A stretch of 64,000 bases of DNA, from contig JBAUZT010000005.1 in the NCBI GenBank assembly GCA_049585415.1, positions 3,480-67,479 on the forward strand, written 5' to 3'. Below, piece by piece: positions 44,140 to 51,686 of this stretch. Origin of the DNA: Thermoplasmata archaeon. GTDB taxonomy: Archaea > Thermoplasmatota > Thermoplasmata > Lutacidiplasmatales > UBA184. The stretch's first letter is position 1; each line of letters begins with the position of its first letter. The notes under the pieces are model-generated. The model was given only the letters and a program-made list of their open reading frames with translations. It ran no database searches and was not told where the DNA came from. A program made the translations under genes and the position numbers.

Positions 44140-45691
44140 GGAAACGGACCTGCCGCTCGAACGTGCGCTCCATCGACCGGCGAACCCTATCCTCCCAGTG
44201 AGCGGGCAGGGTCGTAGCCGCCGGGGCGGAAAAGGCCACCGTGAGCGTTTTACCGCCGCCCCCGAGAGAGAAGCGAGGCCGCGCCGCGGAGGTCAGCTCG
44301 GCGATCTCGAGCACCGACCCGAGCCGACGGGCCGTTTCGAGGTCGGGGGCCCGGATGATCGGGAGGAACCCCTTCTTCCAGGCGGACGGGAGACCCTCGC
44401 CCTCGTGCATCCGCGCGGCCATCGAGGCGAGCAGCACTTCCCGCTGGTCGAGGCCCCAGATCGGGTAGTTCTGGATCAGGTAGGCGGAATGGTGGGCGTG
44501 TCGCCAGAGGTCGATGGAGGCGCCGCTGTCGTGCATCCACGCGGCCACCCGGAGGGCGAGCCCTTCGCTCCGTCCCCATTCGTACTCGGCCGCGAGCACG
44601 TCGAAGAGACCGAGGGCGGTATCCGCGACCTCGCGCCCGTGGTCGAGGTGGAACGAGAACGACTCCGCGGCCGCCCCCGCGGACCGTTCCGCGAGCTGCT
44701 CCGCCGGCACCGGCAGCTTGGCCCCGATCGCCTCGAGGGCGAGCCCTTCACGGATCCCCGTTCCGGCGACCACGATCCGGCCCGCGCCGGTGGCGCGGAT
44801 CAGCTCCCCGAGCACGACGATCCCCGCGACGACCACGTCCGCGCGGTCCGTGCCGATCCCGGGGATCGCGCGACGTTTCTCGGCCGGCATCTCGCCGAGG
44901 AGCTCGCCCAGCGCGTCGAGGTCGTGATCCCAGAGCGGGTAGCCGTGGACGCGCTCGATCGGATAGTCCCGGAACTCGATCGCGGCGCGCGCAAGGGACC
45001 GTAGGGTTCCTCCGACGCCGAAGACCCGGTACTTCCGGCCACCAAACGCGTCGAGGACCGAGCCCAGGGTGTCCCGGACGTGCTCCCGAAGCTCGTCGAT
45101 CTCCCGTCGTTTCGGGGGGTCGTGGTCGAGGAATCGCTGCGAGAGTCGCAGCACGCCGAGCGGGACGCTGACCGAGTTCCGCAGCTGACCCGCGCGGACC
45201 TCCGCGATCTGCATCGAACCCCCTCCGAGGTCGCAGACCAGGTCGTTCTCGAGCTCCCACGCTCCGGCGACCCCGAGGTACGCGTAGCGAGCCTCCTCCG
45301 CACCCGAAATGATCCGTAACAGGATGCCGGTCGAGCGCTCGACCTGGCGGACGAACTCGGCGCCGTTCGGCGCGTCCCGGACCGCGCTCGTCGCGACCGC
45401 GATCGTTCGGGAGAGCTCGAGGGAGCGGATCGAGAGCGCGAACCGCTCGACCGCGGCGATCCCTCGCTGGATCGCGGCGGCGCTCAAACGACCGTCCGGT
45501 CCGGTGCCGAGCCCGAGCCGGGGCGACTCCTTGGTCTCGTAGATCGCCCGTACGCTCCCCGACCCCGACGCCGCGAAGGCGACGAACCGCGCGGTGTTGG
45601 ACCCGACGTCGATCACCCCGATCGACCGACCCGGCCGGGGTCGCGTCGACTCGGTCGGCCGGTGGATTTCGACCGATCGGGAGCGGTCCAC
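44129..45691 (-). CDS. ppx: Exopolyphosphatase / guanosine pentaphosphate phosphohydrolase family (Ppx/GppA) with C-terminal HD-like domain
   Basis: ASKHA motifs IGVIDVGSNTARFV and DLGGGSMQIAEV; C-terminal helical domain with WMHDSG…HHSAY; 520 aa (true start may be internal). Confidence 0.85.
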   Translation of the reverse strand: MDRSRSVEIHRPTESTRPRPGRSIGVIDVGSNTARFVAFAASGSGSVRAIYETKESPRLGLGTGPDGRLSAAAIQRGIAAVERFALSIRSLELSRTIAVATSAVRDAPNGAEFVRQVERSTGILLRIISGAEEARYAYLGVAGAWELENDLVCDLGGGSMQIAEVRAGQLRNSVSVPLGVLRLSQRFLDHDPPKRREIDELREHVRDTLGSVLDAFGGRKYRVFGVGGTLRSLARAAIEFRDYPIERVHGYPLWDHDLDALGELLGEMPAEKRRAIPGIGTDRADVVVAGIVVLGELIRATGAGRIVVAGTGIREGLALEAIGAKLPVPAEQLAERSAGAAAESFSFHLDHGREVADTALGLFDVLAAEYEWGRSEGLALRVAAWMHDSGASIDLWRHAHHSAYLIQNYPIWGLDQREVLLASMAARMHEGEGLPSAWKKGFLPIIRAPDLETARRLGSVLEIAELTSAARPRFSLGGGGKTLTVAFSAPAATTLPAHWEDRVRRSMERTFERQVRFRDA

Positions 45692-45791
45692 GGCCCCCCA
45701 GACGGGGCGGCCCTAATAGAAGTGCGCGCGTGCGAGACCGCCCGAACCGAGGACTTACTAAGCTCGGGGGGTCCCGGACCCGGGAGAGCCG

Positions 45792-46694
45792 ATGGGGGTC
45801 GCGGCGGGCGGACGCACACGGCTCCGACCGTCGACCCTGGCCAACGAGCTCGACCGACTCCTCTCGGAGGTCGCCGGCTCCGTCGACGACGTGGTGGCCC
45901 ACTCCCATCCCTCCGCCGAGAGCCTCCACCAGCTCCACCGGGAGATGCGCCGTCTCCGGCACGCCCTCGGGATCTGGGAGCGGTTGCTCACGAGCCGCGA
46001 CCGGACGCTGGTCGCCCCGCTCGACCTCCGACTGAAGCGCCTCGCACGGTTGGTCGGTCGGGTCCGCGACCGGGACGTGATGATCGAGCTCATCGAGGGG
46101 GGGACGCTACCGCGCCCGTCCCGCCGGGACGCGTGGGCGATCGCGCGGTTGCGCGCGCGCCTTCGCGACGATGCCCGCACCGGGCGCGAGTTGCTCCGGG
46201 TCTACTTGCGGAGCGAGCGGGACGCGCACCTGTTCGAGGGGCTCCGGGAGAGCGTCGAGTTCGTCCCTCGCGCCGACGCCGGCCCCCAGCTGAGCGCGGT
46301 CCTCGAGCGAGAACAGACGCGGCGACGCTCGGACGTGCGGGCCGCCCACCGTCGGGCGCGCAAGCGACCGAGTTCGAATCGTCTCCACCAGCTGCGCATC
46401 CAGGTCCGTAGGCTCCGACACCTGGGGGAAGTGCGCCGCCGCCTCAATCCGGCACTTCGGGAACCGTTCCCGACGCCGGCGCGCCGTCTCCAAACGCGGC
46501 TCGGACGGTTGCACGACCTCGACCTCGTCCTCGCCGGCCTCGACGACGACCTCCGCTCGACCGAGTGGGGACGAGCGCTCAAGAAGGAGCGTCGCCGCGT
46601 CCGCTCCTCGGTCCGGCGTGCGCTCTATGCCTATCGGTGGCCGAAGCCCAGCGCGCCCCACGTCGCTCCCCCCGCCCGAGTGGCAGGCTCTTAG
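45792..46694 (+). CDS. CHAD-domain protein (conserved histidine alpha-helical domain; polyphosphate-associated)
   Basis: Arg/His-rich helical repeats LHQLHREMRRLRHAL and LHQLRIQVRRLRHLGE typical of CHAD. GGGAGAG Shine-Dalgarno-like sequence upstream. Divergent from ppx. Confidence 0.75.
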   Translation: MGVAAGGRTRLRPSTLANELDRLLSEVAGSVDDVVAHSHPSAESLHQLHREMRRLRHALGIWERLLTSRDRTLVAPLDLRLKRLARLVGRVRDRDVMIELIEGGTLPRPSRRDAWAIARLRARLRDDARTGRELLRVYLRSERDAHLFEGLRESVEFVPRADAGPQLSAVLEREQTRRRSDVRAAHRRARKRPSSNRLHQLRIQVRRLRHLGEVRRRLNPALREPFPTPARRLQTRLGRLHDLDLVLAGLDDDLRSTEWGRALKKERRRVRSSVRRALYAYRWPKPSAPHVAPPARVAGS

Positions 46695-46716
46695 GTGGAG
46701 CGAAGCTACCCGCGCC

Positions 46717-48228
46717 GTGCCGTTCACGGCCCGAAACGATCTTGCCGGGGGACTGCGCGTCGCGCTCGGGGAGTCCGGCGCGGTCGGCGCCACGGTGCGC
46801 CAGCTCGCGGCGCGACTGGACGACCGCCCCGAGAGGGTCGAACGGGCGCTGACCGGACTCGAAGAGCGCGGCGACGTGTTGCGGATGGGCCGGGGCCTCT
46901 ACGTCCTGCGTGATTTCGAGCGGCTCGAGGAGCGGACCGACTTCGTCGACCCGCGCGCGTTCGTGGAACGGTTCGTCCGCGAGAACGGACTCGAGCTCGG
47001 CCGCTACGGGGGACCGATCACGTTCCGGTCCAACGAGACGCTCCCCATCCACCGATGGTGGCCGTACGTCCAAGGGTACTCGGCGGAGTTCGTCCACGGA
47101 GTGCTGGTCGCCGCCGACCTTCCCCCGGACGCGACGGTGCTCGACCCGTTCGCCGGTAGCGGCACCACCCTCGTCGAAACGCGTCGGGTCGGCGCGCAAG
47201 CGCTCGGGAGCGAGCTGCTCGCTCCGGCCGTGCTCGCGGCCCGGGTGAAGACCCACTTCGAGCTGTCCCCCCGGAGACTTCGCTCGGGCGCTCGTCGGCT
47301 CCTCGACCGGGCGCGTCGGCGGCGGGACGGCCCCCTGCCGTTCCTCCGCGAAACGCGCCGCCAGTTCGACCGCGAGGCGCTCTCCCAGCTGAGCCGGTTG
47401 CGTGACGCACTCCCTACTGCGGACGGCCCGCTCGAGGACGCGCTACGGCTCGCGTTCGGGCGGATCCTGATCCCGTCGAGCCGGCTCCATCGGTCCCCCT
47501 GCCTCGGCTACGATCGTCGCCCGCACCCGGAGGGCCCGGAACCGTTCGAACGTTACCTCTCGGCGGTCGAAGAGATGGCGGACGACCTCGAGGGCCTTCG
47601 AAAGGAGCGGGCCTCCTGGGGACCGCGGGCTCGGGTCGTGGAAGGGGACGCTCGAACGGTGGCGTGGCCCCGGGGCTCGGTCGACCTCGCGGTGACGAGC
47701 CCGCCGTACGTCAACGGCATGGACTACGTCATGAACTACAAGGTCGACCTCGCCTGGCTCGGCTACGCGCATTCGTACGCGGACCTCGCACGGCTGCGCA
47801 GCGCCGAGGTCGCCTGCGACAACCTCCCGCGCACCGAGACGACCGCGTACCAGAGCGTCGTGCACACTCCGGATCCTTGGCTCGCGGAGATTCTCCCTCG
47901 GATCCGGGAAAACGTCGAGCGAAAAGGTTCCTACCGTAGGGCGGACGTGCACGCGGTCGTGCACCGGTACTTCGCGGACCTCGTTCCGGTGCTCACGCGC
48001 GTGCGGGAAGCGCTCGCCCCGGGGGGACGGTTCGTGCTCGTCGTCGGGGACTCGCTGCTCGCGGGCACGTACGTGCCCGGCGACCTCCTGACCGCGCGCA
48101 TCGGCGCGTCCCTCGGGTATCGGATCGTCTCCGTAGAGGTGGCGCGCGCCCGGCGCAGCGGACAGCGCCGATCGTTCGTCCTCCGAGAGTCGGTCGTGAC
48201 CCTCGAGCGGCCGCGCTCCGCGGGTTGA
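46717..48228 (+). CDS. DNA methyltransferase (amino-MTase; motif I FxGxG precedes motif IV SPPY) with N-terminal winged-helix domain
   Basis: VLDPFAGSGTTLVE (motif I) and DLAVTSPPYVNGMDY (motif IV); N-terminal RQLAARLDDRPERVERALTGLEERGDVLRMGRGLYVL resembles a wHTH. Start is uncertain: the ORF is open from 46618, but that would overlap the CHAD gene by 77 nt, so a GTG at 46717 is proposed. Confidence 0.75.
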   Translation: MPFTARNDLAGGLRVALGESGAVGATVRQLAARLDDRPERVERALTGLEERGDVLRMGRGLYVLRDFERLEERTDFVDPRAFVERFVRENGLELGRYGGPITFRSNETLPIHRWWPYVQGYSAEFVHGVLVAADLPPDATVLDPFAGSGTTLVETRRVGAQALGSELLAPAVLAARVKTHFELSPRRLRSGARRLLDRARRRRDGPLPFLRETRRQFDREALSQLSRLRDALPTADGPLEDALRLAFGRILIPSSRLHRSPCLGYDRRPHPEGPEPFERYLSAVEEMADDLEGLRKERASWGPRARVVEGDARTVAWPRGSVDLAVTSPPYVNGMDYVMNYKVDLAWLGYAHSYADLARLRSAEVACDNLPRTETTAYQSVVHTPDPWLAEILPRIRENVERKGSYRRADVHAVVHRYFADLVPVLTRVREALAPGGRFVLVVGDSLLAGTYVPGDLLTARIGASLGYRIVSVEVARARRSGQRRSFVLRESVVTLERPRSAG

Positions 48229-48275
48229 GCACCGAGCGGCAGATACTTCGCGCTCCGCGTGCGTACCTTCCCGGG

Positions 48276-48572
48276 ATGTACTGTCCGGTCTGCGGCCGCT
48301 CGATGACGGGCCCGACGAGCCCCACCGTGCCGTATCCGATGTTCCTCTGTGGCTACCACGGCGTCGTCTACGACCAGCGACGCGACACCTGGCACGGCCT
48401 TCCGCCGGTCGAATCGAAACTCTGCTGTCCGATCTGCGGGAGCTCGATGGAGTTCGAGCCGAAGGACTCCCCGGCGCGGATCTTCTTCTGCTACCAGTGT
48501 GGCACGACCTTTGACAAGGACCGCTCGACGTGGTACGGCCTCGCCTTCCACCAGGGGCCCGCGTCCCGGTAA
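48276..48572 (+). CDS. Hypothetical protein made of two tandem zinc-ribbon modules
   Basis: Internal duplication: MYCPVCGRSM…MFLCGYHGVVYDQRRDTWHGLP and LCCPICGSSM…IFFCYQCGTTFDKDRSTWYGLA. Start at MYCPV (48276), 45 nt after the methyltransferase stop. Confidence 0.55.
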   Translation: MYCPVCGRSMTGPTSPTVPYPMFLCGYHGVVYDQRRDTWHGLPPVESKLCCPICGSSMEFEPKDSPARIFFCYQCGTTFDKDRSTWYGLAFHQGPASR

Positions 48573-48638
48573 CCCCTCGGATGCTCTTGGAGGCAAACCC
48601 TTACCTGCCCCGACGCGCCGTTTCGAGGTGAACGGGAG

Positions 48639-49391
48639 ATGCCGCCCCGAGACGCCGAGCCGCACTTCCTCGAGCCGTTGCTCGGGGTCGTCTTCGACCT
48701 GGACGGCACGCTCGTACTCTCGCACCACGACTTCGGCCGGATGCGCGCGGAGGTGATCCGCGTCGCCGAAAAGTACGGCGTCGTCCCCGGTCACCTCTCC
48801 GTTCAGGACCCGATCCACCGCATCGTCGAGACGGCGCGCCAGGAGCTCGCCGAATCCGGCGCCCCCGAGGGGAACCTCTTCCGGTTCGAGGCCGAGTATC
48901 CGAAGCGGATCGATGCGATCGAAGCCGAGGCGTTGCCGAGAACGGTCGCCCGTTCGGGCGCCGCGGAACTGTTGCGGACGCTCTCGGAGCGGGGGTACCG
49001 GTTGGGAATCCTCACGCGCAGCTCGGAGTTCTTCGCCCGCGGCGCGCTGAAGCGGACGGAGCTCGAGTCGTTCTTCCCTTACCTGCGTTCGCGGAGCGCC
49101 CCCGGTCCGGCGAAGCCGTCCCCCGAGGCGCTCCAACTGCTCCTCAAGGAGATGGAGATCCCGAGTGAACGCGCCCTGTTCGTCGGGGACCATCTGATCG
49201 ATGCCGAGTGCGCGACGCGCGCCCGGGTGCGCTTCTACGGTGTGCTCCCGGACCCCTCGGAAGGGGGACCCGAACCGATGACCGAGGAGCGGTTCCTCGC
49301 TGGCGGCGCGTCCGCGGTCGCGAAGGACCTTCCCGAGCTCGGCCGGCACCTCGGGGTGCTCGGCGCGGCGCGTCCCACCCCGGCGGAGTGA
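48639..49391 (+). CDS. HAD-superfamily hydrolase
   Basis: Motif I VVFDLDGTLV, motif III/IV GDHLIDAE; 250 aa. Confidence 0.85.
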   Translation: MPPRDAEPHFLEPLLGVVFDLDGTLVLSHHDFGRMRAEVIRVAEKYGVVPGHLSVQDPIHRIVETARQELAESGAPEGNLFRFEAEYPKRIDAIEAEALPRTVARSGAAELLRTLSERGYRLGILTRSSEFFARGALKRTELESFFPYLRSRSAPGPAKPSPEALQLLLKEMEIPSERALFVGDHLIDAECATRARVRFYGVLPDPSEGGPEPMTEERFLAGGASAVAKDLPELGRHLGVLGAARPTPAE

Positions 49392-49404
49392 CCCGCGCGC
49401 CCGA

Positions 49405-50409
49405 TCAGAGATAGCTCGCGTGCGCGTGGATGACCGCCCGCTCGGCGGTCGCCCACGCCTCGGGGATCTGGTTCCAGCCGTTCCGCTGGTCGCCGACGCA
49501 GTAGAGTCCGGGGATCGGGGCGCCGTCCGTCGCGCGGAGCGCGCGACAATCCTCGTCCGTCACGACGTAGCCGTCCGCGTCGAACCGGCAGCCGAGCGCG
49601 GTGGAGAATTCGTGGTGCATGTCGTACCAGCCGAGGGCGCTGAACCCGCGGTCGTAGCTGCGGTGACTACCGTCCGCGAACTTCACCCCGAATCGCTGCT
49701 CGCGGATCTCGTCGAACCCCACGACCTCGAGGTCGGTGTGCCCGATCCCGTGCTCCTGGAGCTCCTTCGTGAGGGTCGCGCGCTCCTCCTCGGGGGCGCC
49801 CGAGAGCAACGGATGCCCGAGCGTGAGCATCTCGACCGACGTCGGTCGGAAGTGGAGGACGTCGAGCGCGGTCCGCGCCGCGAACGGGTCGTGGCCGAGG
49901 ACTGCGACCGATTTCCCGGTGAGCTCGTGACCGTCGCACAGGATGCAGAAATCGACGAGCGCCTGGTTCGCCCACGGGAAGATCGTGTCGATCTTGCCCC
50001 CGACCTCGGGGATCCGGTCGACGACGCCTTGCGCGAGGACGAGCGCTCGACCCCGGGCGACGTGCGTCTGCTTCAGCCAGTCGAACGTGACGGAGTAACC
50101 GGTCTCGGTGCGCTCGACCGCGACCGCGCGCGCCGGGGTGAAGTAGCCGACCGCCTCCGAGCTCCGCACCGCCGCGACCTGCGCGTCGAGGAGCTTGTGC
50201 CCCGAGATCCCCGCCGGAAAGCCGGGGATGTTGTCCATCTTCGGCGCGTAGTACGACCGGGAGTACTTCGGCCCGCGATCGATGATCGCCGCGGAGTATC
50301 CGAGGAGGGCCGCCTTGTATCCGGCCTGGAGCCCGGCGTGTCCTCCACCGACGACGACGAAATCGTACGACGCTCGCAGGCGCGGTAGCCCCGGCACTTC
50401 CGAGCCCAC
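49405..50409 (-). CDS. Thioredoxin-reductase-like FAD/NAD(P)-dependent disulfide oxidoreductase
   Basis: FAD motif FVVVGGGHAGLQAG, redox CxxC CILCDGH, second dinucleotide motif VAVLGHDPFA. Confidence 0.8.
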   Translation of the reverse strand: MGSEVPGLPRLRASYDFVVVGGGHAGLQAGYKAALLGYSAAIIDRGPKYSRSYYAPKMDNIPGFPAGISGHKLLDAQVAAVRSSEAVGYFTPARAVAVERTETGYSVTFDWLKQTHVARGRALVLAQGVVDRIPEVGGKIDTIFPWANQALVDFCILCDGHELTGKSVAVLGHDPFAARTALDVLHFRPTSVEMLTLGHPLLSGAPEEERATLTKELQEHGIGHTDLEVVGFDEIREQRFGVKFADGSHRSYDRGFSALGWYDMHHEFSTALGCRFDADGYVVTDEDCRALRATDGAPIPGLYCVGDQRNGWNQIPEAWATAERAVIHAHASYL

Positions 50410-50468
50410 TCGGCGGGGGAATTTCAGCCCTCCTTCGTCCGCGCGGCGCGTCGCGCATCGAAAAATCC

Positions 50469-51686
50469 GTGGCGCGTGCGCTCGGACGACGGCAAATGTT
50501 AAGGACGCACCGCCTCCTCCTTCCCTTCGGGTTCCTGACGGCTGTGCCGGCCCGCGCCGCGAAGAGCGCGCTCGGGGGGACGCTCTTTCTCGAGGACGGA
50601 ACTCGTTTCGACGGCGCCGGGCTCGGCGCCGAGGGTCGGCGGGTCGGGGAGGTCGTCTTCACGACCGGAATGGTCGGGTATCCCGAATCGCTCACCGACC
50701 CGTCGTTCCGCGGGCAGATCCTCACGTTCACCTATCCCCTGCTCGGGAACTACGGCGTTCCGAGGAACGGCCGGGACGCGGACGGTCTCCCGGCGCTCGA
50801 GAGCGCCGAGGTCCAGCCCCGCGGGGTCATCGTGCGCGGCACGACCACCCCGAACCACTGGGAGAGCGAGCGCGCGCTCGACGACTGGTTATCGGCCGAA
50901 CGCGTCCCCGGGGTCCAGGGCGTCGATACCCGGCGGCTCACGGAGCATCTTCGCTCGAAGGGCGTCGTTCGGGGGGTGGTCGACGTCGGGTCGGCGGACG
51001 ACCGACCCACCGACGACGAGCTCCGCCGGGCGATCCGCGCCGCGCCGCAGTATGCGGAAGAGCAGTTCATGGACGAGGTGGCGCCCCGCAAGCCGACCCT
51101 CCTCGTCCGACGCGGGGGCGCCGTCGTCGCGGTGCTCGACTGCGGCATCAAGACGAGCATCCTCCGAAACCTCCTCGTGCGCGGCGTTTCGGTGCTGCGC
51201 CTGCCGTACGACCACGAGGTCCCGACGAAGTGGGAGGGCCGCCGCGTCGCCGGACTCCTGGTCGGGAACGGTCCGGGAGATCCCGCCGAGCTCGCGGCGA
51301 CGATCGAAGAGCTCGGCCGACCGTCGAACCGTGCCCTCCCGACGCTCGGGATCTGCCTCGGCCAGCAGCTGATCGCGCTCTCGCGTGGCGCGACGACCTT
51401 CAAACTGAAGTACGGCCACCGGGGCCAGAACAAGACGATCTGCTTCGCGGACGGACGCGCGCTGATCGTCAGCGAGAACCACGGCTACGCGGTCGACCCC
51501 GCGTCGATGAAGGAGAGCGGGCTCGAGGTCTGGGCGACGAACCCCGACGACGGCACGCTCGAAGGAGTGCGCGACGGTCCCGGGCGCGTCCTCGCGCTCC
51601 AGGGACACCCCGAGGGCCACCCGGGGCCGCAGGAGGCCGGGTTCGTCTTCGACCGGTTCGTGGGGAAGGTGAAGCGGCGCGCATGA
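50469..51686 (+). CDS. carA: Carbamoyl-phosphate synthase small (glutaminase) subunit
   Basis: N-terminal LFLEDGTRFDGAGLGAEGRRVGEVVFTTGMVGYPESLTDPS; GATase catalytic Cys ICLGQQL and His HGYAV. True start may be a few codons downstream of 50469. Confidence 0.92.
   Translation: MARALGRRQMLRTHRLLLPFGFLTAVPARAAKSALGGTLFLEDGTRFDGAGLGAEGRRVGEVVFTTGMVGYPESLTDPSFRGQILTFTYPLLGNYGVPRNGRDADGLPALESAEVQPRGVIVRGTTTPNHWESERALDDWLSAERVPGVQGVDTRRLTEHLRSKGVVRGVVDVGSADDRPTDDELRRAIRAAPQYAEEQFMDEVAPRKPTLLVRRGGAVVAVLDCGIKTSILRNLLVRGVSVLRLPYDHEVPTKWEGRRVAGLLVGNGPGDPAELAATIEELGRPSNRALPTLGICLGQQLIALSRGATTFKLKYGHRGQNKTICFADGRALIVSENHGYAVDPASMKESGLEVWATNPDDGTLEGVRDGPGRVLALQGHPEGHPGPQEAGFVFDRFVGKVKRRA

Noticed and set aside
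46618-46716. Upstream start for the DNA methyltransferase, overlapping the CHAD gene by 77 nt
   Set aside because: Such a long same-strand overlap is unlikely, so a downstream in-frame GTG is preferred. The 5' boundary remains unresolved.
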